A stretch of 64,000 nt of DNA from Cenarchaeum sp. (lineage in GTDB: Archaea > Thermoproteota > Nitrososphaeria > Nitrososphaerales > Nitrosopumilaceae). Below, piece by piece: positions 41,256-51,506 of this stretch. Within the stretch, counting starts at the first letter, position 1. Each line of letters starts with the position of its first letter. A model generated the notes under the pieces. It was not told the origin of the DNA and ran no database searches. It was given only the letters and a program-made list of their open reading frames with translations. The DNA lies in the NCBI GenBank assembly GCA_965212015.1, contig OZ243037.1:1472001-1536000 (forward strand), written 5' to 3'. A program made the translations under genes and the position numbers.

Positions 41256-42160
41256 GAATACTCCTGATAGGCGGGCTGGGATACATAGGCTCCACCCTGA
41301 TAGACGAGCTCTTAAAGTCCAAGGACCACGACATTACCGTCCTTGACCCGCTATTGTTCGATATTGCGCCAGATTACTTTCACAGGATACTCAGCGGCCA
41401 CAAGGTAAGATTCGTCAAGGAGAGCGTCGCAGACATGCATACAACATGGAACCTCATCAAGCAGCACGATATCATAGTGTATATGGCCTCGCTTACAATG
41501 CCCGAGACTGCCAAGCACCCGGAGGAGGGCATATTCGTAAACAGGTACATGGCAGAAATGGTAGGGGACTGCTGCGTAAAGCTTGACAAGCGCATGATAT
41601 TCATGAGCACGTGCAGTAACTATGGCAAGGCACAAAAGCCGGTAAACGAGGACGGGGATCTGTTGCCCGTCTCCATGTACGCCATGACAAAGGTGGACGC
41701 GGAAAAATACCTGCTGCGCAACGTGCCCAATATCACCATACTCCGGTGCGCGACTGCGTACGGCGTGGGCGCCGGCAGGACGCGGTGGGACGTGCTCCTC
41801 AACGACCTTACCCGTACCGCGCTGGAGCACAATGCGATAGACCTGTTCCAGCCCAATGCGCACAGGCCCATATGCCACGTCTCGGACATTGCAAGGGCCA
41901 TCCGCATGATGGTCGATTCTTCCGTCAGGGAAAAAATATACAACGTGGGCGACGACTCGCAAAACTATACGAAAAAAGAGCTCGCAGATATGGTGGCCGG
42001 GCTTGCCGGCGCCAAAATAGACATTACCGAAAAGGACGATGACCGCGACTATACGGTGGACTTTGCCCGCATACGCGACGAGCTGGGATTCGAGGCGCAG
42101 CACACGCCGGAATCTGCCATTCCCATACTGATACGGCACTGGAAAGAGCGAAAGGAATGA
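41252..42160 (+). CDS. NAD-dependent epimerase/dehydratase
   Basis: GGLGYIG, STCSNYG, YAMTK. Confidence 0.92.
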   Translation: MRILLIGGLGYIGSTLIDELLKSKDHDITVLDPLLFDIAPDYFHRILSGHKVRFVKESVADMHTTWNLIKQHDIIVYMASLTMPETAKHPEEGIFVNRYMAEMVGDCCVKLDKRMIFMSTCSNYGKAQKPVNEDGDLLPVSMYAMTKVDAEKYLLRNVPNITILRCATAYGVGAGRTRWDVLLNDLTRTALEHNAIDLFQPNAHRPICHVSDIARAIRMMVDSSVREKIYNVGDDSQNYTKKELADMVAGLAGAKIDITEKDDDRDYTVDFARIRDELGFEAQHTPESAIPILIRHWKERKE

Positions 42161-43155
42161 TTCCCCAATTTGTCCCGTACTGGGGGGAAAAGGAGACCTC
42201 GGCGGTATCGGACATACTCACAAACTCTGACTATCTGAACGAGCACAAGACGGTGCGTGAGTTTGAGCGCAGCTTTGCAGAGTTTGTCGGGGCCAAGCAC
42301 TGCGTTGCGGTGACCAGCGGCACGATGGCGCTGTATTGTGCCATACATGCAGCATCAAACATGGATGCAGTGCGCATTCCGTCCCACGACGGGATATTTG
42401 CGTTTAACGCGCTTTTGGCGGCCGGCAGGACGCCTGTGGTATCAGACGTGGACCATATGGGCCTGCTCCGGGGAACGGATGGGCCGTCAATAACCGTCCA
42501 TGCCAACGGGAGAATATCTGATTCCGTCACAAATATAGAGGACTGCGCCCAGGCCGTGCACCACCACACCAAAAACAAGATCAGCACGTACAGCTTTGCA
42601 TCAACAAAACACATCACCACGGGCGGCCAGGGCGGCGCCGTATGCTGCGACGATCAGGAGACGTTTGACAAGCTGACACGCCTAAAGGATCACGGAAGAA
42701 ACGACCGGCAGATGCTCAGGCCAATGTCGGACAACTATGACCGGTGGGGCGTGAACTTTAAGCTTACCGAGATCCAGGCGGCGTTCGGGCTGGTACAGCT
42801 GCAGGATTTAAAGAGGCGCATGAGGAGATTCGTCGAGATATATGCGATATATAGTGACGGACTCAAGGATGTGTTGGATTTTGATGATGCAATGCCGAGC
42901 TGGTATGTGGACGTCTTTACCCCAAAGGCGGGCGGGATTCGAGATAAACTAAAGAAAAAAGACATACATTGCAGATCCTACCCAAAGCCGCTCCACATGC
43001 AGGATGTGGCATCGGGATATGCCGGGGATTCAAAGTTTCCAAATGCAGAGTCAAGATACAAGACGGGACTGTACCTTCCGTCTTCCACAAACCTTGGTGA
43101 TGAGGACATAAAGCGCGTTACGAATGAGGTAATTCATGCAGTCTCTGAACTATGA
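42157..43155 (+). CDS. DegT/DnrJ/EryC1/StrS sugar aminotransferase
   Basis: TSGTMAL, IEDCAQA, SF..TKHITTGGQGG, NFKLTEIQAA. Confidence 0.92.
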   Translation: MIPQFVPYWGEKETSAVSDILTNSDYLNEHKTVREFERSFAEFVGAKHCVAVTSGTMALYCAIHAASNMDAVRIPSHDGIFAFNALLAAGRTPVVSDVDHMGLLRGTDGPSITVHANGRISDSVTNIEDCAQAVHHHTKNKISTYSFASTKHITTGGQGGAVCCDDQETFDKLTRLKDHGRNDRQMLRPMSDNYDRWGVNFKLTEIQAAFGLVQLQDLKRRMRRFVEIYAIYSDGLKDVLDFDDAMPSWYVDVFTPKAGGIRDKLKKKDIHCRSYPKPLHMQDVASGYAGDSKFPNAESRYKTGLYLPSSTNLGDEDIKRVTNEVIHAVSEL

Positions 43156-43906
43156 GCAGATAACCAAGAATGCTATACGGTTCATACGTGACCAGGTGGA
43201 AGGCGCCGGGGCGGACGGTGCGATATTCGGGCTCAGCGGCGGAATAGACTCGTCCGTGATTGCGCATCTGGTAAAAAAGGCCCTAGGGGACAGGTGTCTT
43301 GCCCTGATAATGCCAAATGCGGACATTACGCCGGACTCGGAGACAGATGACGGAATACTGATAGCTGAAAAGCTTGGCATCAGACACGTTACCGTTCCGA
43401 TTGGTGAGATCTCACGCCTTGCCGTTGCAAAAGATATTACAGAACAGATGAAAAAGGCTGTGGGAAACCTTAATGCGCGCATACGTGCCATGATGCTGTA
43501 CTATTACGGACAGAAAAACAACTATCTGGTAGTGGGCACCGACGATAAGAGCGAATACCTGATAGGATACTTTACAAAGTACGGCGATGGCGCAAGCGAC
43601 ATGCTTCCGATAGCCGATCTTTACAAGACGCAGGTTCAGGAGCTTGGGCGGTTTCTAGGGGTTCCATCACATATAGTAAAGAAAAAGCCCAGCCCGCACC
43701 TCTGGAAGGGGCACGATGCCTCCGACGAGCTTGGAATGGACTATACCGTAATAGACAAGATATTGGCGGGGATGGATGGCGGCGGGGATGCTGCGACGAT
43801 ATCGGCAAGGATAGGGATCGCCCAGGATTTGGTGGAGCGCATAATGGCACTGCACAGGGCCAGCGAACACAAGCGCAGAATGCCCCCGATTGCAAAACTG
43901 TTTTAA
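43136..43906 (+). CDS. nadE: NH3-dependent NAD+ synthetase
   Basis: GLSGGIDS, NLNARIR, GYFTKYGDG, PIADLYKTQV, SEHKR. Confidence 0.92.
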   Translation: MQSLNYEQITKNAIRFIRDQVEGAGADGAIFGLSGGIDSSVIAHLVKKALGDRCLALIMPNADITPDSETDDGILIAEKLGIRHVTVPIGEISRLAVAKDITEQMKKAVGNLNARIRAMMLYYYGQKNNYLVVGTDDKSEYLIGYFTKYGDGASDMLPIADLYKTQVQELGRFLGVPSHIVKKKPSPHLWKGHDASDELGMDYTVIDKILAGMDGGGDAATISARIGIAQDLVERIMALHRASEHKRRMPPIAKLF

Positions 43907-43928
43907 TCGGAATATACAGGATGGTGTT

Positions 43929-44282
43929 ATGGTGGATTTGCCAAGTCCGGTCAGAACCGACAGGCCGTGGGGATATTTTGAGCGGTTTACCATAAACCAG
44001 AAATCCACAGTAAAGATCATCCGAATCAATCCCGATGCCATGCTGTCGCTACAATACCACAAGAACAGATCCGAGTACTGGAGGGTGCTGGACGGCGATG
44101 CTACGGCAATTCTGGACGGCAAGAGCACCCGTATGGTGCCGGGCGATGATCTCTTTGTGCGTGAGGGCGCAGTCCACAGGCTGGTCGGAGGGCACGGTGG
44201 GGCGCGGATTCTAGAGATTGCGTTTGGCGATTTTTCAGAAGAGGACATTGTACGGCTTGAAGACGAGTGGAAGCGAAAGTAA
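43929..44282 (+). CDS. mannose-6-phosphate isomerase type II C-terminal cupin
   Basis: RPWG, LSLQYH..RSEYW, HRL, EDIVRLED. Confidence 0.9.
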   Translation: MVDLPSPVRTDRPWGYFERFTINQKSTVKIIRINPDAMLSLQYHKNRSEYWRVLDGDATAILDGKSTRMVPGDDLFVREGAVHRLVGGHGGARILEIAFGDFSEEDIVRLEDEWKRK

Positions 44283-44461
44283 ACCTACCCATCGGAATTA
44301 TTTTGGCTTTGTTCTAGTGGACGGGTGCGGCAAAAAACTATGCCAAAATATGGCAAAACATCACGTTTAGAATCCTAGTATGGACAGCTTTTTTTAAAAT
44401 TAAAATAGCCTATAAAACATGACAGTTTATGCCAAAAATGTTAAACCATATAATGCACACA

Positions 44462-45113
44462 GGTGGGTAGGCATGGACAAAAATGCCATTGTCTCCTTTA
44501 CCAAAAAACTGCTAATCCAGAATCCCGACCAATTGATCAGACACGTGTTTTACCGCATCAGGGTACGACGCAATGACAGTGTGTTCTCTGGCAATTACTG
44601 AATATTCAGGCCTTATTATTTTGAAAATGTGGATTTGGACGGATTCAAAAAAATTCATAATGGAATAGATACCTATATGGTCGATTGCGTACAAAAGCGC
44701 GCCACTTACAAAATGGTAACACTCAAGGACATTGGCGTAAATTCCATGGACTTGCAAAACGAGGACTATCCGTGGCACCAGTTCAATACCGGTGTGTGGA
44801 CATATGCCAATAAAAAGAGCTGGAAGAAAAAATAATGCAGGTAACTCGCTCACAAAACAAACACATGTAGGGAAACAAAATCATTGGGTTTATCGGCCAG
44901 CATCCGACACTATACATCATGATCAAGGTTCTTTTGTACCAGCATCCTTGGGCACTCAAAGGATACCTATGGGCAGGAAAAAACAACAATCACGAAGCGA
45001 TATCGGCTGCACACGGTAAAACTCTATCAGAATGGAGTCTTGTTGGCGCACAATATGTAAAGAACATACATGACTGGAAAAAACATGGACGACTGGGAAC
45101 CGGATATGCCTAG
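44462..45113 (+). pseudogene. 5'-truncated, broken copy of the 49752..50738 glycosyltransferase-like gene
   Basis: Near-identical to the reverse complement of ~49752-50400; TGG>TGA at 44599-44601, deletion/frameshift near 44820 and further stops. Confidence 0.9.
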
Positions 45114-45594
45114 AATAGTGGGAAAGTTCAACGACATACACGAGAGTGCAAAAATATCTGATACTGCAAGGATATGCGGATGGTGTTATATCGGTCCCCG
45201 TGTCGAGATAGGCGAGAACACGGTAATAGGTAATTTTTGCGAGATAAACTCTGATGCAAAGATAAGGGCAAACACGCTGATAAACTCCCACTGCCACATC
45301 AACAGCAATACCGTAATTGGTGATGGCGTGATTTTTGGTACACATGTAGGCATTGCAGATGAAAAATACATGACTGCGTGAACTGCCAATATACAAAAAA
45401 AAAAGCCGTGCGTGATTGACAATGACTACAGGATAAGTCAGGGTTCGGCCTTAATCAGTGTAAAATTGGGAGATCACGTATCCATTGGGGCAGGCTCTGT
45501 AGTTTTAGAACCAGAGATAAAGCCGTTTGAGGTGTGGGCAGGAGTACTCACAAGATTTATCCGCAAAATGTCCGAGCACGAGCTTGCAATATGA
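45106..45594 (+). pseudogene. broken copy of the hexapeptide acyltransferase
   Basis: Near-identical to 49274..49759; AGA>TGA at 45379-45381 and an expanded A-run frameshift near 45395. Confidence 0.9.
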
Positions 45595-45652
45595 TTTGCA
45601 ATGCTTGTATATTTTAAATTTTACACACATGTTTTAGAATGGTGCGATATTT

Positions 45653-46813
45653 TCAACCCATATGGGATTCCAAGAACTCTATAACCGAATCCACGTCATA
45701 TTTATGTGTCCCATCATGTGCAATAAAATAAAAATTATCGGATTTCTGATGCAGATCATATACGCCCTGCAAGAAATCCGCCGTATGGCGCGTCTCTGCC
45801 TCCCAGCGAAAAAAAGTAGATTCCTGCAAACCGAATGATACATACATCGGTGTTGGAGCAATGGTTGCAATCATATCATTGGAATCACAACACTTCAGTA
45901 GTTCCGCTGTTTCACCAATTTCATAATTGAGTGGGCTATACAATGTGCTGCCAATCCCACTTGCTAATATCGCCGCATCGATCACATCATGGTTTATTAT
46001 GGCAGTATTTGTGGCAAGTTTTGCACCACCTGACAGACCTGCCACTGCAATTTTTTCTATGTGTTTTTTTGACTCTATCCACGACAATACCTGCGATATC
46101 TCATCTAGCCTCATATCGTCAATGCTTATTCCGTATGCTGATAGTTTGTTTTCCAGAATATTGGCAGAACATATAAACGGCCTTTGGTTGTCACATGCGC
46201 TTCCCGGATCAACCTGTCTTTCCCCGTAGCCTCGCAGCTCTATTGTATATACTGCGTAACCTTCCAGCACCAGATGTCTAGCAATGTCTCCGTGGTAATA
46301 ACGTGAGGAATAATCCGATGGCAGTCCCAACACGTCCCTTGCTCCCTGATGGCCGGATCCCGGGATTATAAACACTGCATCATGTGTGGCCTTGCCCTTT
46401 GGGAGAAGCTCATAAAAGATTACAGTATCGGGATCAAAAAATGCTGGAATCGTAAGTTTTTTTAGAACATGATCATCCGTATCCTCAAGTATCTGTTCTG
46501 TGGGTTCAAAGTGATTCATATCATGTACGGTGGGCCTAGCTGCGTATGATTCCAGTATCCCTCCTTCTTTCCACACTGCAAAGTCCTCCAATGTTTCGAC
46601 ATTTTTTTCAAAGGAATAAGGCAGATGGTCGTCCAAATTGGCCATATAGTACGACGGCAGATATTCATAAACGATTGGTTTTTCTTGTACCGCATCACCA
46701 AATACATCAAATACGTAAGAAAATGGAATATCACGTATCACTAGAATCATGCCACCCATTACAACAAGTGCCACAGTGGTTGCAAAAAACACCCAAAAGA
46801 GAATACGATACAT
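45653..46813 (-). CDS. membrane-anchored alpha/beta hydrolase (esterase-like), paralog A
   Basis: N-terminal TM, IPGSG, ELRGYGER, GLSGG nucleophile elbow, HDGTH. Confidence 0.88.
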   Translation of the reverse strand: MYRILFWVFFATTVALVVMGGMILVIRDIPFSYVFDVFGDAVQEKPIVYEYLPSYYMANLDDHLPYSFEKNVETLEDFAVWKEGGILESYAARPTVHDMNHFEPTEQILEDTDDHVLKKLTIPAFFDPDTVIFYELLPKGKATHDAVFIIPGSGHQGARDVLGLPSDYSSRYYHGDIARHLVLEGYAVYTIELRGYGERQVDPGSACDNQRPFICSANILENKLSAYGISIDDMRLDEISQVLSWIESKKHIEKIAVAGLSGGAKLATNTAIINHDVIDAAILASGIGSTLYSPLNYEIGETAELLKCCDSNDMIATIAPTPMYVSFGLQESTFFRWEAETRHTADFLQGVYDLHQKSDNFYFIAHDGTHKYDVDSVIEFLESHMG

Positions 46814-46863
46814 AGAGAATTTTATATTCGCCTAATATATTTAGTTTTATAATAGATACTATC

Positions 46864-47812
46864 TATGCCAGCGCTCAAAAGTTTTTTCGCCTAGTGAGAT
46901 ATTTTGAACAGAAAACTATAAGGATCAGCGGATCTAGGCAGTTATCATGAACAAAACAGCACTCATGAAGGCCATAAAGTCTGAAAAAAACGTCAAAACA
47001 TACCAGAAACTAATTGCAATCAATATGGTACGTGATAAAGGATGTTCCACAAGTCTTGCTGCAGAATCAGTCGGCACCACGCAGTGTTCTGTACAGTTGT
47101 GGCTGGAACGGTTTGACGAATACGGAGTTGACGGTCTAAGGAATCTGCCGCAGGATGGCGGGCCTCCCCTTGTATCCTATGAGAGGATTCTAAAATTTGC
47201 AAACAGACTGTTCAAAAAGGGCGTGCATAAAGTGGCAAAACCAAACAGAACAGGACATTTTAGACGCAAAAAAGCGTGGATTTACAATTGTAGTCCAGGA
47301 CGAGTCCATTTTTACATGCGACTCCAAGACGGGGAAAAAATACCGGTCTCGACCTGGCCAAAAAATCCACGTCAAAAGCACCGGATATCACACAAGAATG
47401 ATTGTGTACGGCGCACTGGCAGATGACGGCACACAGCTGTTCCGATTACATCAAAAGTTTAACGGAGATACATTTCTAAAATATCTCAAGGATATCCGGC
47501 TTAAATGGGGCAAGGTAATGGTCATTGTTGATAATGCATCCCAGCATAGATTCCATAAAGTAAAAGAATATTTGAATGATCACAAGGATGTCGTACTGTA
47601 TAATCTTCCGCCGTATGCGCCTCGACTTAACGCCATCGAAGAGTGCTGGCGACAGGCCAAGTATGAGCTAGTCCATTCCGAGTATTACGATACTGAAGAG
47701 AAAATGTGGGATATACTATCAGAATATTTCAGAAACAAGAGGTTCAATCTGGACATCTATCGCTATTTAGAGCGTAGTCTGTGAGGCGAAATTACTTACG
47801 ATCGACGGTGTA
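46864..47812 (+). mobile_element. IS630-family element; transposase split over 46947..47426 and 47197..47784, probably internally deleted
   Basis: N-terminal HTH; QDES, VDNASQH, LPPYAPRLNAIEECW DDE motifs; imperfect 29-bp terminal inverted repeats ending in TA. Confidence 0.88.
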
Positions 47813-47903
47813 GCCCATGGAATAGTCGTAAAAACTCCTGAAATTCATCTTGCATGTCTGGTGTATGCTTATCAGCGTCAGATGTGCCATGGCACCCTTG
47901 GTC

Positions 47904-48030
47904 ATGCCAGTTTCAAATTATTTATGCGTTTGATCATACGATGAACAAAGAATCGCAGGGATCCGTGGCTCTTTTTATCAAAAAAACTTGTAAATTGATT
48001 AAAAATTAGGCATTAATATGCCCAAGGCTC
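47904..48030. mobile_element. composite remnant of two IS ends
   Basis: 47904-47933 is the reverse complement of 59565-59594 (IS630 end); 47935-48030 is similar to 60929-61024 (end of the DDE element, ...ATGCCCAAGGCTC). Confidence 0.85.
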
Positions 48031-48036
48031 ATATAT

Positions 48037-49218
48037 ATGAAAATCGCACGGTCAGATATGTACCGGCTCCTCTTTTGGGTGTTTTTTGCAACTACTATTG
48101 CACTTGTTGTAACGGGAAGTATGATTCTGACGATACGCGACCGATCATTTTCATACATCTTTGACATATTGAGTAATACTGTAGAACAGGAAAAAACACA
48201 CGGTTACAAATATCTGCCGTCATACTATGAAACAAATCTCAACGACAGTCTGCCTTACTCTTTTGAAAAAAACGTCAAATCATTGGAGGATTTTGTAGTG
48301 TGGAAGGAAGGCGGAGTACTGGAATCATACGCATCTAGGCCCACTATACACGAAATGGATCATTTTGAACCCACAGAACAGATACTTGAGGATACGAATG
48401 ATCATGTTCTAAAAAAACTTACGATTCCAGCATTTTTTGATCCCGATACTGTAATCTTTTATGAGCTTCTCCCAAAGGGCAAGGCCACACATGATGCAGT
48501 GTTTATAATCCCGGGATCAGGAAATCAAGGGGCGAAGGACGTATTAGGACTGCCGTCTGAATATTCTTCACACTATTACCACGGAGACATTGCTAGACAT
48601 CTGGTGCTGGAAGGTTACGCAGTATATACAATAGAGCTGCGAGGTTATGGAGAAAGACAGATTGATGTGGGCAGTGCATGTGAAAATAATGATCCATTTA
48701 CCTGTCCTTCCCTGGTGCTAAAAAACAAACTAGCCATATATGGAATAAGCATCGGAAACATGAGACAAGATGAGATATCACAAATATTATCGTGGATCGA
48801 GTCAAAAAAATACATAGAACGGATTGCAGTGGCAGGATTGTCACTTGGTGCAGGACATGCTGCAAATACCGCCATAATAAACCCCGATGTGATCGATGCG
48901 GTGATACTGGCAAGCGGGATTGGCAGCACATTGTATAGCCCACTCAATTCTGCAAGTGGCGCAACATTGAAACTAAAGTGTTGTGATTCCAAAGATGCGA
49001 TTGCAACCATCGCCCCAACACCAATGTATGTATCATTCGGACTGCAGGAATCTACTTTTTTTCGCTGGGAGGCAGAGACGCGCCATACGGCGGATTTCTT
49101 GCAGGGCGTATATGATCTGCATCAAAAATCCGATAATTTTTATTTTATTGCACATGATGGAATGCACAAGTATGACGTTGATTCTGTTATAGAATTTTTA
49201 AACTCACACATGGGTTGA
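48037..49218 (+). CDS. membrane-anchored alpha/beta hydrolase, paralog B
   Basis: Highly similar to 45653..46813; GLSLG elbow; start may be 48058. Confidence 0.88.
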   Translation: MKIARSDMYRLLFWVFFATTIALVVTGSMILTIRDRSFSYIFDILSNTVEQEKTHGYKYLPSYYETNLNDSLPYSFEKNVKSLEDFVVWKEGGVLESYASRPTIHEMDHFEPTEQILEDTNDHVLKKLTIPAFFDPDTVIFYELLPKGKATHDAVFIIPGSGNQGAKDVLGLPSEYSSHYYHGDIARHLVLEGYAVYTIELRGYGERQIDVGSACENNDPFTCPSLVLKNKLAIYGISIGNMRQDEISQILSWIESKKYIERIAVAGLSLGAGHAANTAIINPDVIDAVILASGIGSTLYSPLNSASGATLKLKCCDSKDAIATIAPTPMYVSFGLQESTFFRWEAETRHTADFLQGVYDLHQKSDNFYFIAHDGMHKYDVDSVIEFLNSHMG

Positions 49219-49273
49219 ATGTATGATACTGTCAATCGTCCTGATCAATTCACGCAAGTCCCAAATGGGAAAA

Positions 49274-49759
49274 TCATATTGCACGCTCGTGCTCGGACAT
49301 CTTGCGGATAAATCTTGCGGGCACACCTGCCCACACCTCAAACGGCTTTATCTCGGATTCTAAAACTACAGAGCCCGCCCCGATGGATACGTGATCTCCC
49401 AGTTTCACGCTGATCAGGCTCACGCCTTGGCCTATCCTACAGTCATTGCCAATCACGCACGGTTTTTTTTGTATATTGGCAGTTCTCGCAGTCATGTATT
49501 TTTCATCTGCAATGCCTACATGTGTACCAAAAATCACGCCATCACCAATTACGGTATTGCTGTTGATGTGGCAGTGGGAGTTTATCAGCGTGTTTGCCCC
49601 TATCTTTGCATCAGAGTTTATCTCACAAAAATTACCTATTACCGTGTTCTCGCCTATCTCGACACGGGGACCGATATAACACCATCCGCATATCCTTGCA
49701 GTATCAGATATTTTTGCACTCTCGTGTATGTCGTTGAACTTTCCCACTATTCTAGGCAT
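49274..49759 (-). CDS. hexapeptide-repeat acyltransferase
   Basis: IG.N..IG repeats, IGAGSVV, WAGVPARFIR. Confidence 0.9.
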   Translation of the reverse strand: MPRIVGKFNDIHESAKISDTARICGWCYIGPRVEIGENTVIGNFCEINSDAKIGANTLINSHCHINSNTVIGDGVIFGTHVGIADEKYMTARTANIQKKPCVIGNDCRIGQGVSLISVKLGDHVSIGAGSVVLESEIKPFEVWAGVPARFIRKMSEHERAI

Positions 49760-50738
49760 ATCCGGTTCCCAGTCGTCCATGTTTTTTCCAGTCATGTATG
49801 TTCTTTACATATTGTGCGCCAACAAGACTCCATTCTGATAGAGTTTTACCGTGTGCAGCCGATATCGCTTCGTGATTGTTGTTTTTTCCTGCCCATAGGT
49901 ATCCTTTGAGCGTCCAAGGATGCTGGTATAAAAGAACCTTGATCATGATGAATAATGTCGGATGCCTGTTGATGAATCGGTTGACCCGGTTTCCAAACAT
50001 GTGTGTATTTTGTGAGCGCATTACCTGTGCCCGCATCTCGCTTAGCTCTTTTTTATTGGCATATGTCCACACTCCGGCATTGAACTGGTGCCATGGATAG
50101 TCCTCGTTTTGCAAATCCATGGAATTTACGCCAATGTCCTTGAGTGTTATCATTTTATGAGTGGCGCGCTTTTGTACGCAATCAACCATATAGGTATCTA
50201 TTCCATTATGAATTTTTTTGAATGCATCTAGATCCACATTTTCAAAATAATATGGTCTGTATATCCAGTAATTGCCCGAGAACACACTGTCATTGCGTCG
50301 TACCCTGATGCGGTAAAACACGTGTCTGATCAATTGGCCGGGATTCTGGATTAGTAGTTTTTTGGTAAAGGAGACAATGGCATTTTTGTCCCTGCCCACC
50401 ATATCGTATCCTTTTAGTATAGTGGGCCTTATGACTGTGTCCACATCAAATGCAAATATTTTGTCATTTTTGCATGCGTTATAACACTCCCATATTATGT
50501 GGGCAAGACGAAAGTTCCATTCATCAGAGCGCGCAATTTTGATAATTTTATAGTTTCTAAATGACGATTCCCCACACAATGAATCTATGAGTGCAAGAAA
50601 CGATTCGTCTGCTGGATCGTCAACTCCTATTATCAGCTCGTCCGGTTCCACTCTGATTGCAGATGGAATGGATTTTGCCGCAAATTTGCGCTCCCGCGGG
50701 GTGTCGCGAAACGCCATTACGATGCTAAATTTCCTCAT
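49752..50738 (-). CDS. GT-A (family 2-like) glycosyltransferase
   Basis: FSIVMAF, ELIIGVDD, FDVD DxD motif; located in the glycosylation cluster. Confidence 0.7.
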   Translation of the reverse strand: MRKFSIVMAFRDTPRERKFAAKSIPSAIRVEPDELIIGVDDPADESFLALIDSLCGESSFRNYKIIKIARSDEWNFRLAHIIWECYNACKNDKIFAFDVDTVIRPTILKGYDMVGRDKNAIVSFTKKLLIQNPGQLIRHVFYRIRVRRNDSVFSGNYWIYRPYYFENVDLDAFKKIHNGIDTYMVDCVQKRATHKMITLKDIGVNSMDLQNEDYPWHQFNAGVWTYANKKELSEMRAQVMRSQNTHMFGNRVNRFINRHPTLFIMIKVLLYQHPWTLKGYLWAGKNNNHEAISAAHGKTLSEWSLVGAQYVKNIHDWKKHGRLGTGYA

Positions 50739-51180
50739 TCTTCATCGCCTCTGTGGCGTATTCACCGCCGGCAAATCTTTCATATGCAGACTTGAGCTTT
50801 TTGAGTTCATCCAATAATGCCTTGTCCTGTGTGGTCTGCATCATCCAGTCCAACATTTTTAGCGTAAACTGTACCTGTAGAACCTCCTTTGAATTTGGCA
50901 CTATCTTGTTGTTGTACGGATGCAGATGCTGCAACTGTTGTTGCTCGGTTTTCAGCTGTATTCTATTGTGCTTGTAGCCTATCAGTGTGGCAAACGGCAT
51001 TATGGCGCAAAAGAGCAAGATGCCAAATATGTGCAACGGGATGTCCTTGAACCAGTCCGTGAGGCCATAAAGAATCAGTATAAAGTTGGAAAAATTGAAC
51101 GTAAAGGCCAGATAGGTGGTGTATCCCACGCGAAACTCCCACCATCTCCTTCCAACCCAGCTGGAATTCACAGGAGTCAT
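50725..51180 (-). CDS. membrane hypothetical protein
   Basis: RRWWEFRVGYTTYLAF...IGYKH two-TM pattern. Confidence 0.7.
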   Translation of the reverse strand: MTPVNSSWVGRRWWEFRVGYTTYLAFTFNFSNFILILYGLTDWFKDIPLHIFGILLFCAIMPFATLIGYKHNRIQLKTEQQQLQHLHPYNNKIVPNSKEVLQVQFTLKMLDWMMQTTQDKALLDELKKLKSAYERFAGGEYATEAMKNEEI

Positions 51181-51506
51181 GATAAATCACCACATGTGGG
51201 TAGGTCTTGCGAGAATGCGTGCCAATCATAAGCGTGACGTATGATGGAAAATATCGTAAAAGCCAGCATCCAATTGTGCCCAGATTCGTGAAAGATTCCC
51301 ATGCATATTTTGTCAGTTGTTATATATTTTAATCTGTCCATTATGTTGCGTATAACCTCGTCTAGTATATGTGATATACACGGTGATTTATCCAAATTAC
51401 GCCATAACCTTCAAAAGCATCCTTGCGGCACTGAAACTCGTGGATCTTCCATATGGCAAGGTTTTGCACGCCAAACCGGCAAAGGTTAATTAATTTAACA
51501 TGAACC

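Noticed and set aside
47197-47240. Programmed frameshift giving an active IS630 transposase
   Set aside because: The middle HTH region appears to be missing, so decay is more likely; it cannot be excluded without an alignment
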